From NCBI GenBank assembly GCA_000002435.2, contig CM018792.1: a DNA stretch of 64,000 bases, one strand, 5' to 3'. The notes below the pieces were generated by a model. That model worked only from the letters and a program-made list of their open reading frames with translations. It had not been told where the DNA came from and made no database searches. A program made the translations under genes and the position numbers. This stretch comes from Giardia intestinalis (lineage: Eukaryota). Each line of letters opens with the position of its first letter. Position 1 is the first letter of the stretch. Shown in pieces: positions 10,592 to 25,500 of this stretch.

Positions 10592-13500
10592 ATGCTTCCA
10601 GCGGCCCATGCAGCGGAAGATCTCCTCCTTCTCCTCCAACATCCGGCAGAGCGGAGAATCACCGCTCTTCCAGGATACTCGTGCGTTACTGCGCTCGGAA
10701 GACACAGCAGCTCTGAGGTAGTCTTCTGCAGCGAAGAAGAGGGCCAGGTTACCTTTACACCAGAGCGACCGGCACCTCCCTTTTCTTTTCTCTTCTACAA
10801 GAGCCAGGATGCAGCCCCTGCTGTGCTTCTAGGATGCAGCAGCTGCCAGGAGCAAACGTCCCTGCTTTCTACTATTCTTATAATTTTCACTGCTGTTTAC
10901 AAACAATCTGCTCGTTTCCAAACACAGCAACTATACCCGCTTTACGAGCAATTCTACCGCCTACTTCGACTTGACCCTCTACTTGTTCAATCGTCTGTGC
11001 TCGTTGACCTCCTTGAACATTCACCCCACATAGACCTTCCTGCGGCCCTAGATGCACCTCTGGTTTACAGATACGAAATGGGGGTGCGCCACTACTTCAG
11101 TAACATTTTGCACCTCTGGGCCTTAGAGGCGTCCAATCTCCTGAGCTTTAGCCAGGGGCCCCGTGTGTATGATGGACCCAGCACAAACACAAAGTGTGCA
11201 TATGGGACTCCAGAATATAGTGTCTTTGTTCCACGAATCAAAAGCTTTATAGACTCTATGCGTAAGCACATTAAACTAACGGGCTTCTCCTATACTGACT
11301 GTTTCAATCTGATCATTCTTGAAAAGCTAGCACAAATGCCATCATTGTTTAGTTTTATTCTCACAGGGAGCCAAAAGCATTCTCATCTTTTGTCCATCAA
11401 GCGCTACATTGACCAAGCTTTGGATGACAAGACTAGTGTCTTTCACAAGATGATTTGCATCCTTGCCAAGTCCAATTCACACAGTGTTGGCGAATTCAAC
11501 AGACTCAGCTACTTCTCCCAGAAGCAGGCTGGCGCATTGAAAAGTGCCCTACAACTTGCCATCGCCCTGCTGCCGTATGTGTTGGTTATCCATCGAGTCA
11601 GTACTAGTTATTACCATATTGTGCATAGCGACATTCAAGAAGAACTCTCGTTGGATTTGCTTAGCGACGCTTTCTTTACTGCTATCTGTAATAGACTTAC
11701 TGAGAGTAAGGAGCCCGCAGCCTATGACTTAATTGCTTATTCGCTAGGCTCTGACATAACACTGGCGGTTCAACATGCTATTGGTCCAGACCACTTATTT
11801 GCTACAAACATACTTCTATATAGACGGAACCTTGGGTCTGCACTTCGGTTTCTAGATAGACTAGGGAGTGTCCTTCCTGAGTCTCCCAAGCTTACCACTC
11901 GAATCTCACAACTCAGGCTACGCTGTCAAGATCTTCTCGACCTCAGTATGTGGCAGTATCAATATAACACTGCATTGGGTATTATCAAAACAAGTGTCTA
12001 CGAGTTTCCTCCCTCTCTGCTTACTATTCTCGAAGAGACTGTAAAGACAATCCAGCTTTTCATACCAGATTCGTACTCCACATCTGAGACGGAGCCAACA
12101 AGCAACTTTACCTATGCTCTAACATTGCTCCCGACCGAGGGTGCCTTTGATTGGCTTCCGTTTTTACTGCAAGGTCTAGGATCGGAGCATGTCGTCTCTG
12201 CTTGGCCAAAGAATCTCGTCAATTCATCCTCACTCGATAAACTAAGTGGTTCGGGTTCATACTATCCTATTTGTGGTCGGTATAAACCAACGAACACAAC
12301 TGAGCAGTCTTGTCAAAGAGCAGTCAAGGCGGCTATTCAAGGAGGAAGGCCTACTCCTACAAGCAGATCAACTTCTGGAAGAAAGAAACCAATCCTTAGA
12401 CTGACTCTTGATGTAGACGACCTCCAAGCTTCAAACACAATAGGCTCGAGCCTGTCGGTCAGCTCTTTTTCGCATGTAGCTGAGGCCCCAGTTAAATCTA
12501 TCACCAGAAGAGAAAAAAGCATGTTCAAGTACAACCACCCAAAAAGAAAACTTGTTACTAAATCGCTCACACTCGCAACACTATTTAAGCACAACTTTCA
12601 AGTCATGCAGAGTATCATCCACAGGGCAGATTTCAATTGCATCCACAGCATTTCTGTAGGCCTTCAGCGCCTAGCTCCGAGCTTGGTGCCAACTTTCGAA
12701 GGTGGCCGTGAGATTCAATCGGCTACACCCCCTATTCTTCCCCTGCATTTAGGACGACACATCATTGCAGTGCGCACGCTACTTGAACGGCAAGCGATCT
12801 TTGCAGCACTGTCCCCCTTGCTTCTACAGTTTATCCTTGCCTCTATCAGCTTTCTCTTTTACATCAAGCGCAACGTACTTAAATCATTCTTCAATATTAT
12901 ACATTTGGATCAGTACTACCCATGTGTGCTATTTATCGAACATCACTACAAGCACTGCGTGATTCTAGCATACATGGTTTGTTGTTTCGGAACTGTCCTG
13001 TTGAGGTTTGTAGCCTGGAAAGCCACCGAGTCTCCCTTGCTGTCGACTGTCACAGAGGAATTTCTTAGCAGAGTCACTAGCCACGGACTACTAGATGTGA
13101 TGCTCTATTTGTCCTCTCAGCTTTTGGAGCTATTACGTGTTTCTCTACCAACTCGTACTCATTGCAGACTCGGTGACTATCCATACAAGCATATTGCTTC
13201 ACTGAGCCAGAAATTGCCGTGTCCCGAATTCCTTACATTTCTATGGCTCTTTGATCAAGTATTTGCGGCATTGAAAGCAATGCGCGACGATTGCTATCAA
13301 GCCTGGTCGTCAGCACTCAATCAAACTGCCGAAAAGCTTCACGATATTATGACTTCTGTACCCATTTCTGTAGCAAGCCAGGCCGGTAACTTAGTGAGCT
13401 ATTCCATTGGTAATATAGACCCGCTTCCGAACTTCATTCGGAGTTGTCATCTGTACCAAGTTAGTACGGCATCTCAAATGTTCTCAAGCTCTGATGAAGG

Positions 13501-16500
13501 GACTAATGACCATCCTTTCAACGTATTGTATGATCTTCTGAATAAAAAACATGACGAACAGGACAATTTTCAGACCGTACTACTCAACTTTAAAGAAGAC
13601 TTGCTGAATTGCGGGCCCACAGTGAAGCATGGAGCGTGGATCTTACCTCCAATTTCTCCTCAGCTATCACAAGCCTCGCTTTCGCTTTTTCGGTTCTGTA
13701 TATCTACCTCCATACTTCACAAGCATAGGCGCCTAGAGTCTTTACTTAATGAGCATCGTTCGCTTTATACACGTCTTCATCAGTCCCACCTATGGACGTT
13801 GGTTCGAGAACAGTGTGTACAGGTCGATGCTTTATTCAAGAGTTATCTCTCCAATCCAGCTTTCATCTGGCAGACAACTGACACTATGGAGCAATTTCTG
13901 CAGGACCTCAGCGCTTCTATCCAGCTGCTTTCGTCGCAAACCCATACTCTATCTACTATCACTGCTAATCTTCGCAACAGCCTTATGAGCTATGCGCCAG
14001 CTTTAAAGAAGCGCATTAACTTGCCAATCACACAGCCCCTTGCACCTGTTTCAGAATTTCTAGCATCATCCCGCTCGTGGTCTAATGACCAACTACCAGA
14101 CAGCATTGTTGTGCATATTCTCAATGATATCTTGTCACAGGAGTCAGAACTAGGAGACACACCTAAGTATTTCATTCCAAAGTTTGCAGAGGTAATCCAG
14201 TATCATGAGTATTTGTCGTTTGGAAGCATGGTCCTGGCAGACACGGACTTATGCAATAATAATACTGACGGTGATGGCCTAAATCAACAAATCAGCTTGT
14301 TTATCAATACCTGCAACCAAATTGAAGAGCGTATCTACCTGTTTAAGAGATCTATTGAAAGCCAACTTGATTCTTACTGCAAAGAAGTAGAACTGCTACG
14401 CGCCTCTTCTGAGTTATCTGATGAGCTTTTGCTGGCACTGTTTAATGACCTATCTCTTACCTTGCACGAATTGGCTGTTGTGTGGATGCTTTATCTGTAT
14501 CTTCTCTCTTCACCTAAAACCCCCACCCTACTCCACGTTGCAACGACGCTCATTGGCGACAAGTTATATACAAGTCCCGCCTTAGGGTCACTTTCCGAGA
14601 TCCCCCAGGCGATAACAGACTTACTCTCACTGCTCTCCCTACATAAGACCATCGATCAGCAATCCATGACACCAGAGTTGCAAAATATTTATAGCTGGGC
14701 CGAAACGCTGATCCATGCAGATCCGCTATTACTTCGGCTATCTGAATCTATAGAAGACAGAGCTCTTACTGCAGTACTTCATACAGTCACCGGAAGGTTA
14801 GCTATATGGGTTATTAGCGTCATTCAAATTCCCCTCCTAATTGACCGAGTGCTAGAGAAGTTGCCCGAAATGAAGTCTTCGTTCCACAACTTATGCAGCA
14901 AATCGACACGGCCTGCTAGATTCGATTGCGAATACTCTGCCCTCAACCAATACCTTCCCCTCAATCTCCTTTTTTCGGACACAAGTATTGTTCATTATTA
15001 CAAATTTGATGGGCTTCTATTCCACATAGCAAAGCTATTATTTTTCTGTTACTCGAAAGGGTATGAGCAGTTTGATGGTATTACTTCCACAATCTCTGCT
15101 AGCCATGCCCAGCTTTCCAATTTGAAGCAATCAGAAGACATTGTACTAATGGACCTACATACACATCAGAGTGCCTCCCTATTTCTGGAGAACTTGCTCG
15201 GCTATCTGGGTGACATCTTGCACATACAAGCATCCATAGATCATATACCTAGTACTAAGCAATTTAATAGATTTTTTGCGGAGTTTTTGCGATTTAAGAC
15301 CTTTATCACGGAAAAGGAAAGCAGGATTAGTGTGATAACTTGCGGGTTGTACCTGCTTAGAAGCACAGGCCTTTCGGAGCCTCTTATTTCACAAGCATCC
15401 ACCATCGTGAAGGAGCTGTCTTCTCCAATTCTATTCAATCTTTATTCCATTTTAAATCTCTATCTAGACGCGCTGTCCAGGGTAGAGAAGGAGTGTTACA
15501 CGCATTTAAAGCATGCACTGGGCCAACTTGATGACTCCAGGTCTCTTATCATCGAATACCGTTACTATCCAGTTATCCCATCGACTCTGGAACCGGCAGC
15601 GCTGATAAGGACCGTTTATCTTCTGCGGAGTATCTTTAAAGTCGATGCCCTCAGGAAGCTTTACGAGCAGATTAATAATAGGAGTCAGGTTTTGATCCTT
15701 TACATGCAGAAGAACGGGATAGATATAGAGCCGGTCTTTAAACAATCCACTGAAAAGATCCTAGCTCTCCAAGGGGCGATAAACATTACCTATGAAAAGG
15801 TGAAGTATCTCGTTGATAGCACGCGAGCAAGCCTTCTGGCCTACACTGTGTCTGCTAATGATGCGCTGATGACGGCTCTACATGACTTCCTCAGTTTCAG
15901 GGCTCTTGATCATAGGGAATCGTTAAGCCTGGCACTCCAAAGTGCCATTAAGCAGAGAGCGTTGACAGGGGCACACGTCCGCAATCTATATGTACACGGT
16001 TCCCGGATCCTTCTCTTTCTAGAAGACTCCCTTGTACGCATCCGGCATGTCTACTCCAAGCTGTGTTACCACTATGAGCTGTGCTACCTTCAGGGAATAT
16101 ACGGTCCTGCTATCTTCGTAAAAACAGCGCACGATATGCTGGGCTTCATCAGGCGGAGTATTGAGGGCACTGAGTTTCCCAATTATCTACGCTTGATCGC
16201 CTCATACCAAGTTATCTGGGGACGACTTTGCCAAGTGGCTGACAGACTTCTATATTATGAGGACAAGCCAATAGCCTTGTTCTACGATAGCTACACGGAG
16301 ATAATGGCTTTGCTTAAGGACAGCTACACACTTCGAAGACAAGTCACCCTTGACAATGCAGTTTTTCTTGAATTCTTGAGCTGGTATGAAGATCTTCTGC
16401 ATATTCTTCAAGAAGAGCTTCTCTCCATTATCAATCTCAAAGATTTTACACCAGAGCAATGGCAGGACCTAATTTATCACATCGGGCATGTTACTCAAAG

Positions 16501-19500
16501 CTCTAAATGCATGGCCCTCTGCACTCTGGATAGCGAAACGCAGCTTACTCTTGGAAATGTCCTACTTCTCAAACTGAACACACACCCAGACATACTGAGA
16601 GGGAAGATATCTATGGCCTTGGTTAGCTCTGCCGTCTCAACCAAGGTTACGAATGCAATCTCACACTGGTCCGATCTTAATACCACAGATTTCATAGCGC
16701 TTGTCCGGGAGTTATCTGACATGATGGAATGCACTGGCTTGGAGCACTGTCTCTTCGCAAACTCTATTGTAAAAGGTAGAGCGGCAGATATTTATGTTGA
16801 ACAGTACTTTGATGCCCATGACCTTCTTTCCCTATCTATCATCCAGCGAAGCGCAGAAGAACTGGTACGAGGGATGCTACAATCTACATCACTAAAAGCT
16901 TCTCACACAGCACTTCTATTGGAACATCTTGAAACCTTCAGGGCTGTTGCAGATATGGAGTGTAGCGAGCGATCATTCCCTATGCTCACGTGCTGCCAGG
17001 TGTATCTGCGTACAATTTTAGATGTTGGGCTTGTGAGCGCGGTATTTGTTTCCACTCTGTCTCAGTTATATAATTTTTTAATAGCCTATTCGTATATAGG
17101 GCACGAAGATTGCTTAAACCCCTTTACTGCTTGGACACTCGAGGATGAGGTATCCAAGTGTTTAACCGTACTATTTCATATATTGTCAATACACAAGTAC
17201 ATACTTGAATTGTATGACAACAATCTGCAATTCAAACGATACCTATTATCAGATATGATCGAAGACAGCAGCAAAACTGTGGAGGATATAGAAGCTGTAC
17301 TAGCGTTTCTTCATGGACAGAAAGTGCTCCAGAAGAAGGACCGCTTTTCTGTTGAGAACTTCAATATATTCTGCGGACGTCTTACTAGCTACTTTGTGCC
17401 TATAAGGCTGTGTGCCTTTTCTATGCCCCTTTATCAGGCAGAAGAAGCTTTAAAACTTGAAGACCATACTTCATCGCCTTCCCAGGAACCATCCAACAAC
17501 TCTTCTTCCAAGACTTGCTTAAAAGATGTGTCGATTTATCCACTTATGATTCTACTATGTGTGGCGCTAAAGGCAGTTATGGTAACTATTATTGATTCTG
17601 TTAAGGATTCCTTACCACATCCATCTCTAGAGCAGTCTTCAGAGACTTCTTACATAACAGACTATGCAGTTACGGAAATCAGAAAGGCCATTATTCCTTA
17701 CAATCTCTTCTGCCTGTTTTCGAAGGGTCTTAATGTATGTGTCACACTTAATACCTTGTTATCCCTTTCAAAAATAGATCCTTTACTAAACGGGATTGTA
17801 TCTGGGGATCTCTCTTTTAGCAATCCCAACCACAAATTTTTTCTTCAAGCCTTATCAGAGGCTAGCGGATCTGAGTCTACTTCAGATGCAGCAGAAGCCG
17901 ATGTAAGTAACTGCTCCCTCTTCAGAACTGCTCTACTATCAACTTTCTGCAATCCCTTTCTTAAGAGACTGCTCGCCGGATATCAGAAGCTGATTACCAG
18001 CTCTGAGGATCAAAACATTATTATAGGCTATTGGTGCGACTTTCCCAGTGAGTCTCCGATGATCTTCTATCAACCTGTCAACCTTTGTGCTGTTAATAGA
18101 TGGATATGTACCTCTGAATGCTGCAATTTACATCCCTTATGGCTTGCGGTTATTTCTGTTTTTCATGCATACGAGGAAACCTTGCGCATAGGATCCTTGC
18201 TTGCCCTCCGTGAGCTTCGTGCACTATGCTCGCTATCTTTGTCGGTGGATCTTTGCACCAACCCATCAGCAAATGATGAAGATCACGCCAAGGGAGTCTA
18301 TCTTACTTACGGCTACTGTGACCTAGATGCGTATCAATACGAATTTGTTCCTTTTCAGGCCATGTATATCGGTGCGCGCTTGTTTTTGAGCACACTTTGT
18401 CTATTCCAACACGATTACACCGGGAGGGCCTCCATCATATCCTCAACAAGCAACGACTTTCTTATCTACATCTGTGCACTAGTACAGAAGCACATGTCTA
18501 TAATCACTGAATTGCCACTGCAATTGCTTATGCTTCAGAAGGAGGGTAACAGTGAGACGCAGCTGCTTACAAGACTCATTGACCTACCCTCTATGCAGTG
18601 GAAAAGTGCCATGCTATGGCTACTCTTTGAAGACTTCTGCGAAAAATTAAAGGCCTCAGAAACAACCCTTCAAGTGCTACGGGATAGAGCCCTTAGTGGA
18701 GGAAAGGCTTCCATAGACCCTGACTTCATCGCTAGGGATCTACTCCAGAAGCTGGTAAGCGATAATGTGCTCTTCTTGCAAATGGAGCTCAGCATCTTTC
18801 CGGGGCAGGCGATGTCTCTACTAAATAGCCTTGACATCTCTTTCAGTCCCTCAAAAGCAGCTTCTAGGGGTATCATGTACTGTGCTTCTTCATCTCCAAA
18901 CGGGGTTGTTATCGCCAGATCGTTGTTTGCCCAGATTGCATCATCCATACCCAGTTTACCGATGATAGACTTAATTAGAGTTTACTCTCCAACTTTATCA
19001 GTAACACGAAGTTATCTGAATGGTCTGTTGACCGCAGCTTCTTGCCAAAGCATGCTATTGTATGGGCTTCAGTTCATTTCACTAGTTCGTTCAATTTTTC
19101 AGACAATTCTTTTCTCTGATGAATCTCAAGTGCATAGAAAGCAGTCAGTCCAGTTCTTCGTCGCTCACCAAGCACAGCAAGTACTCACGGAGATTGCGTC
19201 CGTGCTATGCTTTTCCAACACACAAAACAAGCAGCCAAGTGCCTCAGTGTTATCCGCATGTAGCCATGAAGCTGTTACTCAAAGATATTCACTGATTCTT
19301 GTCCCAATTGATTCCAAGTGGGAAACTTTTCAACGACAAGATCTCGCTGTCTGCGGATCTGATCAAAGTTTCAATCGAAATGTCTCAGTAGATAAGCAGT
19401 CGGATCAGTCGCACATATACAGAGCGTGTGTGGAGATAGCAAACCTAATCAGGGATCCATCTAACGGAAAGGTGACTTGCAGAAATTTGGAACGTGCTCT

Positions 19501-22500
19501 TGCTAAATTTTTATATCATCTACTTGCTGGAACAACCATTGAATCAGCAGAGAAATTTCTTTATTTATCTATAGACGAACTGCTGCGGACCTTGGCACCA
19601 CTGTCCTTGATAGGAATTAGACGGGTTGCAGAACATAATACTATGTCAGTACTATTTGATTCCAAGGTGTTTATGATGCATGCACAAAGTATTCTTCAGC
19701 AGATGGTGTCTATGGACCTTGATGAGCGGCTTCTCCAGTGTATGGACCCGCTGCTTGACTGGCTGGTTCAACTGGTGATGCGGCTTAGGTATCTATTCAT
19801 TGTGGCAAGTCCCCTCAACGCTGTTGTACTCTGTGGGCCAGTCTTTTCCTATGTCCACGTCCTTCCGTGGATTTTCTTTCGAGCTCTTAAATCCTCTGGC
19901 TTTCCAACTTGTTATTCCTCCGAGCAATCTGAGCACCTATCCAAGGAAGCACAAGACTATGCATTTTTATCCATTCATTCTCTAAGGTTATCATCTGATA
20001 GATCTATCAGGGAAGTGATTTCCCTTTATGCTTCAGAGCAACCCTGTTACAGAACTATTCTTATGTTGACAACAGAAAGTCTTACTGATGAACAAAGAGA
20101 CATCTGCCATCGTTATGGAATTCCGATTCTTAACACAGCAAGGCCCATTGCTGACGCAAATGACTTTAAGCATTTAGAGCTTCTCTCCCTCTATACAAAC
20201 CTCCATGCTTGGTGCTGCCCAATATATCCAAGAATAAATGGCACTTGGAGCTTCACTCCTTCGCCATTCTCGTTAATATCAATGCGCCACGATACAAGTT
20301 CAGCTTTGGAGTCACAAGCAGAGCTAAAAGAAGTGCAGCAGCAAGACCCAGAGTCTATGACGGAATCGTCGGAGCGCCTTCAGAGTATGTATTTGAGTAT
20401 TAATCATCAGAGGAAGCTCCTTGCCCCCCGAATAGTCCACTCCTTTATAGAATTGTCTGGAGTGTATAGAGATCTTGTTGAAAAGGCTGTATCATCAACC
20501 GCGCTTTGCACGTATTATCGTTACCACGCTATAACTGGCGCCTTGTCTATCGTGTTGGCCATACTTGACACGCTTCTGATGGACCCATGCATTAGGGTTA
20601 ATATTTTGAGATTGGAAACAAAGTACTTTCATGCCATTGTTGTGTTCTCGTGTAGCTGGGCCTACGCTGCCTTGCCAATAAAGTCCCATCGTAATGTAGA
20701 TCTTAAATCTGACTGTGCTAGTGCACCAGCTAGTCAAGCCGAGAGTTTCCTATATGTAGATTCATCTATCCGCAAAAAATCGCCCCTTCTTCTCAAAACT
20801 GTGCCTCGCACCCTGCACACCAGGCAAGCGGTCATCGACTCTGCTCAGATTTCATGGCCTGTGTTTCTTAGCAACGCCTTAGGCTCCCTTGTGCTGACTA
20901 AGATAGGATGTCATGCCTCAAACATATATGATTTTGTACCGGCTGTTCGGGTAGAAAACAAAGTGATTGTCGATGCTCTGGTCACCACATCTCTCTGTTT
21001 GGAGCACAGATCTTGGCCCGAACTGGCCCAGACTCCCAGGGCATTAGTTCCACAAATCGTGGTGACACTATGTCAACTTTATGCAGGGGAAAGGCTTCTT
21101 TCCGCTGACGCTGGCCTATCGCACATTGAATTCTCTGCTCTAAGTGCACACATATCTCACTTCTATTCCCTCGGGGTGTATAGCCTTCCTGCACAGCGCT
21201 GTCTCGGGATTCTTAGTAATGTCTTTATCATACCTGGTGCTCAGCCAGTACGTAGAACAGCTACGCCAGAGAGTAACTCCAAGCGTCGGCTTACACCTCT
21301 TCAAATCGTGCATTGTGCCTTCTATCCACTTAGTCGAGATCCAACTAGCAAAGCTGGAGATGCTACGAACCTTACATTACGCTCTGGCGACCCAGAGTTC
21401 TGCCCCCTTGTTGTGGCTGCAATACCCATCTTTCTAACGCCTTCATCTCAGCAACACAAGGCATACTCTTACGCTAAGACATCAAGTCAGATTCTATATA
21501 TCTTTGATCACCATCCCCCTAGGCAACACATACAGAGACTTCACCACCCCGCGTCCATGGTTCTACTCCAAGACACATACCCCGGTTCGCAACAAGCAGA
21601 TTCACGGTTTACATTTATGACCCCGCGGATCAACTCGACTGTGCATACTCTAGTATTTCAACTTTTCCAGCCATTAGCTAGCACCTTACCTCTTTCTTGT
21701 GATCAGGATGCCTACATTATCCTGATTCAGCTTACTCTTCAGGCAATTCAGGATTACCGAGGGCCTGCAGAACATCATCACTCTCTCAATACTATGCTAG
21801 AAATATTGGCTCCTGTTCAGTCGTTGTTGGAAGGCTTTGTCCTCAACGAGAAAATAACCCGGAACGTATACCGGTCATTAGCGCATGAAGAGCTAGTTTC
21901 GACAAGCGAGCCTCTTCTCACGCCCAGTCTTGCTATTTTTGCATGGCTTCTTTCCACTGTCGACTTTTATACATCATGCTTCTCTAAATCATTCTATGAT
22001 AGTCCAGAACGCAGCAGTTTCAGTGAGCTGAAAGACTTCTATGGAAGCCTACTCTCTCTGGCCTCATTCAAGGCTAGCAAGGTTGCAAGTACAGATGCAG
22101 ACCCTGGGACCTTCCTTAGCAGCTCTGTAAAGTCTTTTGGCACCATGGAGCTTCTAGAGTTCTACGAGACGTACCCTCTGTTTGCTATTTCGCTCGGACA
22201 CACCAATCTTTTTCTACCGCTAAGGTTACGGAATATATCCACCTTTCCCATAAGAACTGGCTCCAACACAATGACTGGTATCTTGTCCAACTTCGCGGCA
22301 CATGCCCAGAAGCTTGAAGAAGTGGTTACACATTCGGTACCCCCGCTAGATTCTTCAATGTTCTTACGTCTCCTCGGTCTCCAAAAGTATCAACAATTTC
22401 TTCTGGCAAACAACACATCATTGCCTCTTCCCTGTCCCGTAACTAAATCATCTGAACAGGCAGAGTCATCCACTTCAATTGATGTAGGAACAATTTGCAC

Positions 22501-25500
22501 AACAGCTATCCAATGCATTAACTTTAGAATACTGTGTGATCTATTTTCAAATATACATAAGATCCTGCACTCCACTCCTTTGGATCCGCTGGATGGCAAC
22601 TACATATACTACTCACATATCTCTATGCCTGCATTTAGAGTCGGGGTTCTTCTTCGTAATCTTTCTCTTTTCCCCGTTACACGTGCAGAAGGCGTCTCAT
22701 CAATCCTTGTCAACTCTCACCTAAGGCTCTCTCGATTCATTCTCACAGAACCAGGACACTCTCTTAGGGACACACTGGCATATGCTTGCAATTTGCGGGG
22801 GCTAATATACCCACTCGAAGTTGTTGGCATACAGAGTACGGAGCAGGGCATCTTGCTGGAGATTGCGCAAACACTATCGCTAGGCTATATGCTGGTTGCG
22901 TGGATGCGAAAGCCTGTCTGCATATACATCTCTTCGTATGCGGTTCGAAATGCTAAGATTCTTGCGTCATTGGTTTCACTCCTATGTTACGGGTACTCTC
23001 CAGAAATCATGAGCACATTAACGACAATAGAGCAATACGCATTAACTCGAAAGATTCTTGGATTACTCTATGACCCATCTTATGGTCCAGAAAGATCGAA
23101 CAGTGCAATACTCAAAGACTTTAGCAGCATTGTTGATGGCCCTCTCGAACGCATAGGCATCCTTCAAATTTCTGAGGACAGTAGTCCATCACTTGTCAAG
23201 GCTATACGTGCATCTGGTCTCCGGCGCTTTCTAAGTCTTGTTGCGTTGGCTCACTTCTCAATTCCGCCAGCCTCTTCACGTGGACGAGATCCAAATCAGA
23301 ACTACACGTCACAATTGAAACTAAAACGGACAGGGGATCCTCCTATTTCAGTTCTGAACACATTGCCAGAGCTTCTGTGCTCCCCCATTGATGTTCTTTC
23401 AACAACTTCGGCAGACGTATCCCTGTCCTCCCTTTTGCATGTCTATGTGGACGTTCCCATATACTCTGATGTTCATTTGTTTCTGAAAATGGCTCACTAT
23501 AATCACATATATACCAGTAATTTGGTCTTTGCTATGCCCCCAGCTACAGAGTTCGGCCTTGTCGAACATACCCTTCGCAGAGAGCTGAGTATGGAGACTC
23601 CAGCCCTTCTTCAAGATATACTAGACGACCAGGAGTGTCTAAAGCTAGCTAAAGTATATACACACATAATCACTTATCTATCTAAAGTAGTGGATAAACG
23701 TTTATTGTTCTACTACACATCCTACTCAACTTGCGTAGAATTTGGTAAAGTTTTCAAGTCTCTGCTCTACCATAGGAGGCACACATTTACTGTTCGTCAG
23801 AAGCACTACGATCTTGCACTCACCAATCTTCGACTTGTCCATGAAAACTCTGAGCAGGCCTTAGAATCTTGCAGACGAGCATCCGCAGAGATCCAAGCAC
23901 ACTCACTTGCATTTCAAAACACTAACTTTGAGCTATCACATTTAGAAGAGGAGATTTCGGTAGTCAAACAGCGACTGTGCGTTAGAACTAATGATAAGAG
24001 GTATGCAGAAGAGACACTGAAAGAGGCATCTGAACTTCAGAATCAGTACAAGAAACAGATAGTAGTATTTCATAGACAAATGGATAGGATCTCCGATTAT
24101 CAAAATTCAGTCAATCCCATTTTATTTGCTGCAGGCTGGCAGACGCATAAACGCTTTCAGGAGTGCCTTTCTATGGCCTGCCTACACTTAGCTGCATGTA
24201 CCTCCAAGAAAGTCTCAGTTTTCGCGCTCTCAGTACCGAAGAAGGGGGCGTCAAAGCATACATCGAAAGAGATAGAGCCATCTCTGGATACATTCAAGCG
24301 GCGCGTTAGCAATATTGATGTGTTTATCAAGGAGATGATTGCACCCTCTCCCGAGGAAATAGTCAACTCTCCGCACTATCAGCTTATTAAGGACTATCTT
24401 CTGGATGCCATAGAAAGTATTTCCGGCTATAGACATACCGCCTCAACATATCTCGTGCCAATCGAACATGTCAAGGTGGAGAAGGGGGCCCAGAGTGACC
24501 TTGCTGTTCTCCCCAAAGAAATATCGACACGTCTTCCACCATTCTATACAAAAGAGAAGGCACGTTATGTTCCATCAACCATGGATCTTTTAAGGGCCTC
24601 TGTCGAAGTGCGAAGTGTCCACGTGATTGCTGATATGCTTTTCTGGATCCTCCTTTTCCAGATGGAGCTTAGTACCATGTGGATTAATGGCGCCGAGTAC
24701 AGAACGGTTATTTCTGATCAGGAAACTGCTATTTCAAACTGCGCAAATGATATTGACAGCCTGGAGCGTCAACTGGCTGCCTTTGAGTCTCGTCTTCTCT
24801 TGGGGCAAGAGCGCAAGCAGAATCTTAATGCAGAGCTAACCAACTTACGCAATAAGTATGCAGAGTCCAAAGATATGTTGTCAACAACCAGCAGCATTTT
24901 AAGCAGCATCAGCGACTTGAGACAGGCTTGGCTTGGAACTAGTGCAGACCTGAAGCTGAAATTAGACAACATTATGGGAGATAGTATTGTCATCGCCACA
25001 GCATATACCATGCTACTCCATGTCAACTCATCAACCCGGTGCAAGCACCTGGCAGGCATAGCAAGTCTCTTGGCAGACACATATGGATACACCATTTCTC
25101 CTGTTTGGACCGAGAAGGGCCTCTCTGATAGCTGCATCACTAACATGACCCTTTCAAGTAACGAACTCATGCAAATACAATACGCTGCTTTAACGTCTCA
25201 CTTCTTTGCCCCACAGGTGCCTCTTTATGAGCGTGATCTGAATATAATTCTAAGCAACACTAGCGTAGAGGTGTCTGGGGACATCAATGTGTCAGAGGAC
25301 GAGTGGCTGGGCCTAATCAACTGTTTCGGATCACTAACAGAAATCGAAGCAGACATACTCCGCCATGGAAGCACACTTATACACGAGACCTTTGTTTTCT
25401 ACGTGACTGCACTGCTATTTGGTCACCGTAACACAGCAATTCTTGTCACAGATCAGACAAGATCCCAGGGGAGGCTCCTCTCAGAAATCGTTTCTAAGGT